Source: a virus. Taken from it: a stretch of DNA of 64,000 bases. The notes below the pieces were generated by a model. That model had not been told where the DNA came from, ran no database searches, and was given only the letters and a program-made list of their open reading frames with translations. Within the stretch, counting starts at the first letter, position 1. Every line of letters begins with the position of its first letter. Made by a program: the position numbers and the translations under genes. The stretch is from positions 3,330-67,329 of IMG/VR virus record IMGVR_UViG_3300037475_000211; one strand, written 5' to 3'. Below are positions 53,359-62,527 of the stretch, one piece after another.

Positions 53359-53374
53359 TCCCATCGCATAACGG
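53359..53374 (+). promoter_or_regulatory. TCCCATC-N3-TAACGG motif, copy 8
   Basis: tcccatc gca taacgg, 15 nt before the ATG at 53390. Confidence 0.7.
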
Positions 53375-54262
53375 AGTAATATACTAAGTATGATTAACTT
53401 AAATCTTAAAATTGGCGATAAAGTTGTTGTAAGTGGTCGTATGCCTCCCGCTCAAGTAATTGATATTATTTATGATCCTACTACAGATCGAACAGTAATT
53501 ACTATTTTGTGGGGAAATAATGAAAAGAGTACTGTTTATGCTCATGATGAAAATAGTGTGTGGTATAAATTTACAGGTAGCAACTAATGGATAATAAAAA
53601 AGTTTTAATACAATGTGCTGGAAGAACTGCTTTTGATTTAGCAATGAAAGTTGCTTTTACTTCAGAGTATGATAAAAAAGATGAAGCACCCAGAAGGAAA
53701 GCCACTCATTATTTTGAAGACTCAGAAAAAGGGTTAGTCCTTCTTTGGTCAGAAGATAAATCAGTTAATTCAGTTAAATTGCCAGTAGCTTTAGATTGGG
53801 CTGGTGCTGCTGAATTAGCTTGGCAATGGTTAGCAGAACAACCTACAGAAAAATATCAAGACTATTGTGATCATGATGGAAGTAATAGTGAAGGGTTTCG
53901 AGTGTATAATGAGGAATGGGGTCATGTTAAATCACACTATGCTATTATAGCAGTTCTTCCTATTTGGGCTTGGCACGGCAAGTAATGGAAAATCCCGCAA
54001 CCTGGAATAAATGTATTAAGATTTTAAATGAATCTCTTAATTATGGAAATGATATTTTACTAACTGTAGATAAGGTTTTAGAAATATTAATTAATAATGA
54101 GTTTCTTGTGGGTGAAGATTTTGATAATAATTCAATTAGAGAAATAATTAATAAAGCTTTAATTGATTTTAAATATGAAAATGATAACCAGTGTTGTGGA
54201 AACAGTATTGGTAATAAGATCTATTTTAGACTTAAAGCTTTAGGGATTATAGATTAATTTAT

Positions 54263-54378
54263 GGTGAGATGGCGGAAAGGCGTACGCGGCGGGTTTATCT
54301 AAGTATATTTAGATAGACTTGCTATACTTGGAAATATACATCTAAGTATTATAGGTTCGAATCCTATTTTCACCACCA
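54263..54378 (+). ncRNA. tRNA-Leu-like RNA with a 15-bp hairpin in place of the anticodon arm
   Basis: GGTGAGA/TTTCACC acceptor, GCG/CGC D arm, ATAGG-TTCGAAT-CCTAT T arm, ACCA end; GCGGGTTTATCTAAG-TATA-TTTAGATAGACTTGC. Confidence 0.75.
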
Positions 54379-54675
54379 ATGAATTGTTTAATAAAACAAA
54401 GAAAAGAAAGAGAAGCTCAAAAAGAATCAGAGGTTCAAAAATTTTTTAAACTAGCCAAATTAAAATTGAGAAATGATATTAGAGATATATTAATGTCAGA
54501 TCCATTTGAATGGAGTAGCTCTGGTATACCGGGGACATTTATCATTCATATTTATTCTAAGTATGCTTCTGCATTTTTTGATCAACAAAAAGATGATTGG
54601 GAATATTATATATCAAATTTAAGAGTATCAGAAGATTATTTTTTTAAATATTTAAAATTGAAAGCGTTTATTTAG
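54379..54675 (+). CDS. Small protein with C-terminal tag
   Basis: Ends YLKLKAFI. Confidence 0.55.
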   Translation: MNCLIKQRKEREAQKESEVQKFFKLAKLKLRNDIRDILMSDPFEWSSSGIPGTFIIHIYSKYASAFFDQQKDDWEYYISNLRVSEDYFFKYLKLKAFI

Positions 54676-54677
54676 TT

Positions 54678-55055
54678 ATGCAAATAAAAATGTTTAAGTC
54701 TAAAATTCATCGTGCCACTTTAACTGGCGCCAATTTAGACTATGAAGGTTCCATTAAAGTTGATTCTGATTTATTAGATGCTTCTAACATTTTTGAATAT
54801 GAGGCGGTTTGGATTTGGAATATTAATAACGGTAATCGTCTTATGACTTATGCTTTACGAGGCGATCCAGGTACTGGTATTATTGAATTAAATGGTAGTG
54901 CTGCACGTCTTGGTCATAAAGGAGATTTGGTTATCATTTCGACCTTTGCTGACATGACTCCTTTGGAAGCAAAGGAACACAAACCGATCGTTGTTTTGGT
55001 AGATGGATTTAATAAAGTAAAGTCTATTTTAAATAGATCAGGAGGATTAGAATGA
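54678..55055 (+). CDS. panD: Aspartate 1-decarboxylase
   Basis: KSKIHRAT.T.ANLDYEGSI (G-S autocleavage site), NG.RL.TY, LNGSAAR..GD.VII. Confidence 0.95.
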   Translation: MQIKMFKSKIHRATLTGANLDYEGSIKVDSDLLDASNIFEYEAVWIWNINNGNRLMTYALRGDPGTGIIELNGSAARLGHKGDLVIISTFADMTPLEAKEHKPIVVLVDGFNKVKSILNRSGGLE

Positions 55056-55591
55056 ATCCAAGTCCATTTCCACAAGTTGATATGGGAGCAACAGTCTGTT
55101 ATCATTCAGACAGTCATGCTTATACTGTCATTGCAGTATCATCTTCTGGCAAAAAGCTTTCCTTACAAAGAGATAATGCCAAAAGAAAAGATAATAATGG
55201 AATGTCAGAGTGTCAGGAGTATGTTTATTCTCCCAATCCTAATGGAAATATTATTCAAGTTTCCCTTAGAAAAGATTTAAAATTCAGAGTAGTTAAATCT
55301 TCAATACTTGTTTTGCTAGGTGTTCGTAAAGAATATTATGATTATTCTTTTTAATTGTTATATTAGCAGTTAGGAGAAGTCATGCCCAAAAAGAAAACGC
55401 AAAAGAAGATTGATAAAAAAGTAAAGAAAACTATTAAAAAGAAATCTTTAATTAAAAGAATTAATGAGTATGAGTCTTTAGAATCTAAAGGTGAAGTCTT
55501 TGATAAAGTAAAGACTGAAATAGTTATAACTGATGGTGTTGTTATTGTAAATCCAATTTATAATCCTTTTGATGAAAATAATAAAGATTAA

Positions 55592-56227
55592 ATGTTAACA
55601 TTATCACTATGGAAAAAAGCCGAACCTCAAAGTTCATTTCAGTTTATTGGAAATAAAATTGGAGATGGGGCAGATGGTGAAGTTTTTGAGATGGCTGGTT
55701 ATGAAGATAAAGTTATAAAGGTTTCTATTATTTTTGATCATGAGTTTGAAGGAGATTTAGATTTAAAATTTAAGTATGTCTCTTTATCTAGAGTATTAGA
55801 TGAGTTGCAGGTAACTTGTCCAAGTATCTGCGCGTGTGTATATGAGTATGAATGCATTGGCATATTCCAGCGGGATGTATCAATTAATAATATTAAATCG
55901 CAGCAAGATTATCTCTTACATTATTATGTGATGGAAAAATGTTATAAATTGACGGAGGATGAAAAAAAATTATTTCATACCATCCTGTCTCACGAAGATC
56001 GTAACATCGAGAAAAATTTTTCAATTGAAATGTTGCAAGAAATATTATTTGGATTATCGAAGGGGCTTGACTTCGATAATAAAAAGGTTACATTTTTCTA
56101 CAAATCTTTGATGGAATCCCCCATCAAACATTTGGATCTGCACCCTCGTAATATTATGAAAAATAAAGACGGAGATTTCAAGCTTATAGACTTTGATCAA
56201 ATAAAGTTATTTCCAGGTTTTACCTGA
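55592..56227 (+). CDS. Protein-kinase-like phosphotransferase
   Basis: IGDGADGEVF, VIK, YVME, HLDLHPRNIM, LIDFD. Confidence 0.8.
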   Translation: MLTLSLWKKAEPQSSFQFIGNKIGDGADGEVFEMAGYEDKVIKVSIIFDHEFEGDLDLKFKYVSLSRVLDELQVTCPSICACVYEYECIGIFQRDVSINNIKSQQDYLLHYYVMEKCYKLTEDEKKLFHTILSHEDRNIEKNFSIEMLQEILFGLSKGLDFDNKKVTFFYKSLMESPIKHLDLHPRNIMKNKDGDFKLIDFDQIKLFPGFT

Positions 56228-56791
56228 TTTTATATAATAAATAGTAGTACTGGTTACATTAAATCTTTTAGCCAATTCAGTTATAGTACTTCCATTATTT
56301 AATTCATCTTTAATAATTTTAACGTTTTCATTGTTTAATTTGGCAAAATGACTTTTTTCTCCAGAATGTGAAATAGATTTCAGTTTTTTAGTTTCTTCAG
56401 AATCTTTTATTCCTATATGAGAGATTGACATTTTATTTTTACTTTCTTCACTAAATTTCTTTCCCCACATAGGATGATTTTTCCCGCCAGCAGAACCACC
56501 ATTACCACCAGGCTTAATGTTTAAACCATTTTCAATAGATTTATATAAAATAATATATTTAATTTCGGCATCGTAACTATCTTTTTCTATTTGAAAAGAT
56601 TGAATAACTTCTAACTCAAAATTTTCAAATCCATATTTTCTCATAGATCTATATAGTTTTGTACACTCATATTTTCCTTTGTGATTTTTAGCCAAATTAA
56701 TATGAGCCTTAAATCTTTTTGTGGGATTAATAGATTTTCCAATATAAACTTTATTGTTAATTTTATTAATTATCTTGTATACGTAAAACAT
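56207..56791 (-). mobile_element. GIY-YIG homing endonuclease with NUMOD3 and HTH
   Basis: YVYKI...VYIGKS; HPMWGKK.SEE; paralog of 14974..15699. Confidence 0.88.
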
Positions 56792-57238
56792 TTTTTCTTG
56801 CATTTTAATATGCAAAAATATTCAGATTGGAGTTTGTATGAAAGTAGATATTTCTTATTTAAAAGAGTTGGTTGTTGAGCTTGAAACCTTATTATCTGAA
56901 GCTGATCTTTTGAAAGATTCAAAGTCCGGTAACTCTGAAAGGGATGAAGCTTTCAATAAAAAGTTTCTTGTCACTATGTGCAAGACAGCTGGTGTTTGTA
57001 TGGGTATTACCCAAGAAGGCAGCATGTTGATTGGTGATATACAAAAAGTTATTGGGTCTAGTTTTGCTTCTCCAAAAGCAAAAGAAGATGCAATTGAAGC
57101 TCTTTTAGGAAACTTTAACAAATCAATAAAAACAACCAATAATAATTAATAAAATTTTAAAGCCCTTGCAGGGTGAATTGCAATGATTAAATTAATAATG
57201 ATTGTTAATTTTTAGCTTTTAATAATTAGGAGATTAAA

Positions 57239-57520
57239 ATGTATTCGACAGATAAAAATGATGTGAAGCAACTTGCGCAGCAAATTGAAAATTTAGCTCG
57301 TGAAGTTGTAGTTCGTGTTGATAATGGCGGGGATTTACTATCAGTTGCTAATGAGTTAGTACGAAATAATGCTACTTTTATCTTTACTCTTGGCGAGGTT
57401 TATGCTTTAGAGCAAACAAAAACTTTTTCCAATAAGAAATCAAAGATTAAGGTCGCAAGAAGTTCTGGTGGAAACTATCATAATCTTCGCGATAGTCGTG
57501 GGCGTTTCGCTAAAGTCTAA
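57239..57520 (+). CDS. Hypothetical protein with basic tail
   Basis: AGGAG RBS; ends HNLRDSRGRFAKV. Confidence 0.55.
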   Translation: MYSTDKNDVKQLAQQIENLAREVVVRVDNGGDLLSVANELVRNNATFIFTLGEVYALEQTKTFSNKKSKIKVARSSGGNYHNLRDSRGRFAKV

Positions 57521-57547
57521 TTAAAATTTTATATAGGAGTAGAAATT

Positions 57548-57910
57548 ATGAGTGATAATATTAAGAAAGCAGTGAGTGAGTTTGAAGTTATTGCCAAAGC
57601 TACTGAAGAAGCTTTAAATGAGTGGTCGGGCGAAGGTTGTTTACAGTTCCCTGCATTACTTGCTACAATGGCTGTAAAGTTTAATTGGGAAGAACAAGAG
57701 GTTCGCAAGAATGATCCTTTGGTTAGATTCTATATTAGACAGCATGCTGATTGGCATGTAACTCGTGGTGCTCATGGTGGTATTATGAGAATGTCTGAGA
57801 AGCAAAAGAAAGAGCAATCAAAGGTAGCTAAGAATGCTGCTAAGGAAGCTGCACGCGCTGCAGTAGAAGCAAAGTCTGATGCGCCTGCAACTGATTCTGT
57901 TGTAGAATAA
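57548..57910 (+). CDS. Winged-helix-like protein, paralog 3
   Basis: FPALLA...HVTRGAHGGI shared with 27487 and 28214; Ala/Lys-rich tail. Confidence 0.6.
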   Translation: MSDNIKKAVSEFEVIAKATEEALNEWSGEGCLQFPALLATMAVKFNWEEQEVRKNDPLVRFYIRQHADWHVTRGAHGGIMRMSEKQKKEQSKVAKNAAKEAARAAVEAKSDAPATDSVVE

Positions 57911-57922
57911 ATTAAATTATTT

Positions 57923-57965
57923 ATAGCGTAGGATGAGTTATAAAACTTTTTCTACGCTATTTTTA
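57923..57965 (+). terminator. Intrinsic terminator
   Basis: atagcgtagga/ttctacgctat hairpin followed by a T run. Confidence 0.65.
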
Positions 57966-57994
57966 TTTTGTGATATATAAAATTTGAGGTAATT

Positions 57995-58576
57995 ATGGGC
58001 TCATTAGATTCATCATTGTTTGATATTTTTTCTACCAAAATGTTATTTGGTACGTTAATGGCTGCCGGCTTAGTAAGTGTAGTATCTTGTTCTTCTTGTT
58101 CAAAAGAGAATACAGTTAGCCCGCCAAAGCCAGTTCCTACAGTCAGTGTAACTCCAGTTCCACCGCCAGCTCCAACTACTCAAGAAATAACAGATAGTAA
58201 ATTTACCCTTACTATTCCTGTTGGTTTTAAAAATCAAGGATCAGATGATCCAGAGTATTTCTTGTTTGCTGATGAAAATAATAAACAATTATTATCAATT
58301 ATGCATCAAAAATATTCTTCTACATATGAAGAATATGTATTAGAAGGAATTAGATCTCTTAAAGAGCATAATGCAATAGTTCATTCAGCTATTAAAACTA
58401 CTTTAGGAAATCAAGAATTTATAGTGGTTGAATCAACTAAAGATGGGGTTATTGCTTGGTTGTGGTTTACAACTAAAGATAATATAGGATATACAATTAC
58501 TTGTGGCGGACTTGAATCATCAACTACGGTTCATGATGTTTGTTTTAATCTGGCAAAATCATTTGAGATTAAGTGA
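57995..58576 (+). CDS. Lipoprotein with Pro-rich linker, PsbP/DcrB-like
   Basis: VVSC, PPKPVP, F.L.IP.GF...GYTITC; GATATATA at 57972-57979. Confidence 0.5.
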   Translation: MGSLDSSLFDIFSTKMLFGTLMAAGLVSVVSCSSCSKENTVSPPKPVPTVSVTPVPPPAPTTQEITDSKFTLTIPVGFKNQGSDDPEYFLFADENNKQLLSIMHQKYSSTYEEYVLEGIRSLKEHNAIVHSAIKTTLGNQEFIVVESTKDGVIAWLWFTTKDNIGYTITCGGLESSTTVHDVCFNLAKSFEIK

Positions 58577-58898
58577 AAACTTGGAAAATGGAAATGGCAG
58601 TCGTTGCTGCCATTCTAATATTAGTTAACGTATTAACTCATAAATTATTTTCATTAGAATTAATATCAGCATTAGCTGTTCTATTAACTTTTGGTCATGC
58701 TCAAATTTCTAGTAGATTAAGTGAACAACAATCATTAGAAGAGCAGCCCACAGTAGAATGTTATAGAAAACTTCTTTTTTATTATCTTGGAAAAGAAGTT
58801 TGTTGGTTTTGGTATTTTTTAATTAGTGAATCATATTCTGCATTAGTTGGAGTTATTGTATTTTTATTTTACCCTTTATGGCGTAAATATTATAAATC

Positions 58899-59324
58899 AT
58901 GAAAGTAAAGTGTCCCATTTGTGCAACATGGTTGACTAAGAAATCAATCAATGTTTATTGGAACTATGAAACAATACACAACTCATTAGTTTGCAATAAT
59001 TGTGTTAAAAAACAGGGCTATTCATTTAGGGTAGAATTAAGTCAATTTTATGAAAATGATCCTTATTCATCATTAACAATGTCATTTTTGCATAAGAAAT
59101 TTTACTGTAGTGGAATTATAACAAATTATAAAAACAATAAAATAGATATTTCTTTTTATGTACAAAGCAAATTATATGGTGGCTTAGAAGATATTACATA
59201 TAGAAAAAAATTCTCATTTAATGATCTATGCGATCAAAATATAGACATTTTAGATTATAATGAAGTATATTGGCTCTTTAAAAAGGAAGCTTGTCGTTGG
59301 GCTAAGTTACAATTATTTTCATAA
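58899..59324 (+). CDS. Zn-ribbon protein with C-terminal tag variant
   Basis: CPIC...CNNC; ends WAKLQLFS. Confidence 0.55.
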   Translation: MKVKCPICATWLTKKSINVYWNYETIHNSLVCNNCVKKQGYSFRVELSQFYENDPYSSLTMSFLHKKFYCSGIITNYKNNKIDISFYVQSKLYGGLEDITYRKKFSFNDLCDQNIDILDYNEVYWLFKKEACRWAKLQLFS

Positions 59325-59338
59325 TGAATAGGGTTTAT

Positions 59339-60217
59339 ATGGATAAAATATTACTAATTGATGGTCATAATCAAATGTGGAGAGCTAATACTACGTTTGG
59401 TCCTCCTATTCAACATGAATCTAAAGGCGATAAATGCGCATGTAAATCACCATGGGACATTCAAGATAACTTTTGTTATGGCGAAAGATATGGTTTAGTT
59501 TTTAATTTCTTTAGAAATTTAAGACCACTTATTGAAGCATTTGAACCAAACAAATGTTTCTTTGTATTAGAGGGTCATCCTCAATTTAGATATGATTTGT
59601 TTCCTGACTATAAAGCAAATAGAATTGTAAAACAAGGCTCTTCTTCAAAAAAAGAAGTTTTATATAAATTTGAAATTATAATCAATTTACTTCAGTATTT
59701 ACCAATAACATTGGTTAGAGCTTCCAATTATGAATGCGATGATGTTATTGCAACTTTAGCTGAAAATCTAAAAGATGAAGACGTTACTATTTTGAGTAAT
59801 GATTCAGATTATATTCAGCTCTTACAAAAGAGTTTTAAAAAATTAACCATTTATAATCCTATTAAGAAAGTTGATATGGAATCTCCAACATATCCTTATG
59901 TTGCTTGGAAGTGTTTGGCAGGTGATAAATCAGACAATATTCCCTCCCTATTAACGCCGAAGAAAGTTATGAAGTGTATGGAGGATCCTATAGCATTTGA
60001 GGCTTTTCTTTCGACCGAAGAAAACAGAGCTAATTTTAATATTAATCGTCAATTAATAGAATTTAGATCTGTGCCAGAAGATGAGATATCTTTAGTTGAG
60101 GGCATAACAAATTTTGCTGCTCTTAAGCTAGAATTTTCTAAAATGAAATTCGAATCAATTGTAAATGATAAAAGTTGGGAAAAGTTTACAAATAGTTTTA
60201 ATTCAATTAAGTTTTAA
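59339..60217 (+). CDS. 5'-3' exonuclease / flap endonuclease (T4 RNase H-like)
   Basis: LLIDGHN, YKANR, ECDDVIA, SNDSDY.QL, GDKSDNIP. Confidence 0.92.
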   Translation: MDKILLIDGHNQMWRANTTFGPPIQHESKGDKCACKSPWDIQDNFCYGERYGLVFNFFRNLRPLIEAFEPNKCFFVLEGHPQFRYDLFPDYKANRIVKQGSSSKKEVLYKFEIIINLLQYLPITLVRASNYECDDVIATLAENLKDEDVTILSNDSDYIQLLQKSFKKLTIYNPIKKVDMESPTYPYVAWKCLAGDKSDNIPSLLTPKKVMKCMEDPIAFEAFLSTEENRANFNINRQLIEFRSVPEDEISLVEGITNFAALKLEFSKMKFESIVNDKSWEKFTNSFNSIKF

Positions 60218-61030
60218 ATGAAAAAATTTTCTAAAGAAGATGGCGAACAATTAGCCAAGGCTGCTCAAAAGATATTAAATGATCCAAAGCTTTGGGCGGA
60301 GGCACAAGAGTATTTTAAAGAAGCTGCCAATGAGTTTGCTAAAAAGCTCGGATCTATTAATAGAGAGGCTGAAGATGCGCAACTTATTAAAGTTGAACAG
60401 TCGAATGATTGCGATCATGGCGTTACTTTTGATGAGGAAGATGCTAAGAAAATTGGCGACTCTCATGAAATAAGAAAAAAATATCCAAGAGGTTATGGAC
60501 TTTGCCCTAAAGGATGCGGCTATAATGGAATTGCATATGCTTCTTATATGCATTATATAATGGGAGACTATTAAAATGTTAAAACCACAAAAGCCTATTA
60601 AACCAAAATCTCCAACAGTCCCTCTTGAATTTTTAACGACAAGAAATTTAATTCATATTGATGAAAAATCTTATTCAATTAAAGATCTTTTAGATAAAGC
60701 TCCAGCAGGAACATCTATAGATGATATAGTTTTTGAAGGCGTTTATTATTCCGGTAATGATTATGGAGATAATTGTGGGTATGGATTATCTGCATATTAT
60801 TGCACCACTCATAAAAATACTAGATATGAATTAGATCAAATTAAATATGACAAAGAACTTAAAAAATATAATAAAAAATTAGAGGATTTTAATTTAAAAA
60901 TAGCTCTATATGATTTTAAAATAAAAAAATATGAAGATTGGTTAAATTCAGAAGAAACTTATAAGCTTAAAAAATCTTTAAATAAAGCAGAGGCTGAGGT
61001 TAAAAAGTTAAAGAAAAAGTTAAAAATCAA

Positions 61031-61627
61031 ATGAATGTTTTTATTATAGGTTTACCTAAATCTTGTAGAACTACCGTTTCACAAGCAATTGCTAATAAAT
61101 TAGGATATGTTTATATTTCTGCCTCTGATTGGGTGAAGAAAACATTTCGTCAACCTCATATAGGAGAACATGAGCTTTCTTATATGGAAGAATATCATAA
61201 ATATTTTTTTGATAGATTAAAGGTAAATCCTGAACTTTGTCTTAAAAATATTAAAGATGTTATGATTTGTAATGATAATAATAATTTTATTATAGATGGA
61301 ATAAATTCTCCAAGAGATTTTATTAATTTATTTGATTATAATAAAGATGTTATTGTTATTTTAAATAGAACTGATAATGGTATTTATCATCAAGATAATG
61401 ATAATTTATTTATGTCAACTATTAAGGATTATTGTTTCTGGTTAGCATCAACTAACTTATTAAATAAATCAAATTGGATTGAATATAATTTTAAAATTAA
61501 TGCAGAAGATTCTGATTATTTAAAAGTAATGGGTACTAAGAATTCTGTTTTCTTAATTAAACATGTTAATCGTGTTATATCTCATTTAGAAAATAGCCTT
61601 AGGAGCCTTGTTGAACTATCCGAATGA
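61031..61627 (+). CDS. P-loop nucleotide-kinase-like protein with degenerate Walker A
   Basis: IIGLPKSCRTTVS...LG..YIS.SD, IIDG. Confidence 0.55.
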   Translation: MNVFIIGLPKSCRTTVSQAIANKLGYVYISASDWVKKTFRQPHIGEHELSYMEEYHKYFFDRLKVNPELCLKNIKDVMICNDNNNFIIDGINSPRDFINLFDYNKDVIVILNRTDNGIYHQDNDNLFMSTIKDYCFWLASTNLLNKSNWIEYNFKINAEDSDYLKVMGTKNSVFLIKHVNRVISHLENSLRSLVELSE

Positions 61628-62357
61628 TTTTATAAATAAGTTTATTTGTGGAGACAGTATTGAAGTTATGAAACAAATGCCGAGCGAATCGGTAGATTTA
61701 GTAATAACTTCGCCTCCTTATAATTTAAATATAAGAAAGACATTTAAAAATACTCAAGATTGGAAAGGCAAGTGGAACAATTCCAAGCTTCAATCTGAAG
61801 GTTATGACATACATAATGATTATATGCCAGAGGACAAATACATTACTTGGCAACAAAATGTATTAAAAGAATGTTTTAGATTAATTAAAGATGATGCAGC
61901 AATCTACTACAATCATAAATGGAGAGTTCAGAAAGGGCTTTATCAACAAAGATTAGAAATAATTGAGGGTTTACCTTTAAGACAAATTATTATATGGAAG
62001 AAGGCAGGAGGTATTAATTTTAATGAAGGATATTATTTACCTACTTATGAAATCATTTATTTAATAGCCAAGCCGAAATTTAAGTTAGCTAATAAGGTTT
62101 ATAAATATGGAGATGTTTGGTCTATTACTCAAGAGAAAGGTAGTTGGCATCCAGCTCCGTTTCCTTTAGAAATACCAAAAAGATGTATTGAATCTACGAA
62201 TGGTAATATAATATTGGATCCATTTATGGGTAGTGGACAAACTGCTATTGCTGCTAAACAAGCAAATAAGAATTATATTGGAATTGATATATCACAAGAT
62301 TATTGCAATAAAGCACAATCAGCTTTAGATGCTTTAGTCATTCCCAACGTCGTCTAA
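61608..62357 (+). CDS. DNA amino-methyltransferase, beta class (N4-C or N6-A)
   Basis: TSPPYN, HPAPFP, DPFMGSG.T, GIDI. Confidence 0.92.
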   Translation: MLNYPNDFINKFICGDSIEVMKQMPSESVDLVITSPPYNLNIRKTFKNTQDWKGKWNNSKLQSEGYDIHNDYMPEDKYITWQQNVLKECFRLIKDDAAIYYNHKWRVQKGLYQQRLEIIEGLPLRQIIIWKKAGGINFNEGYYLPTYEIIYLIAKPKFKLANKVYKYGDVWSITQEKGSWHPAPFPLEIPKRCIESTNGNIILDPFMGSGQTAIAAKQANKNYIGIDISQDYCNKAQSALDALVIPNVV

Positions 62358-62527
62358 TCCAGATATTTCTACATCTAAGCTATTAACTAATTCTGTAAAA
62401 ATTTTATGGGCAAACTCATCAGAGTTAACAGCTTCAGCGTTATTAATATCATCAACTATGTCAGAAGCTTTTTTATCTGCCATAGCCTTTTTTTGAATTT
62501 TATTTAAAATTTCTCTTCTTACATTAC

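Noticed and set aside
9511-59324. LKAF tag as a DNA recombination site (integron attC-like)
   Set aside because: The nucleotide sequence varies at synonymous positions, there is no inverted-repeat structure, and the frame relative to the stop is fixed, which points to a peptide-level signal
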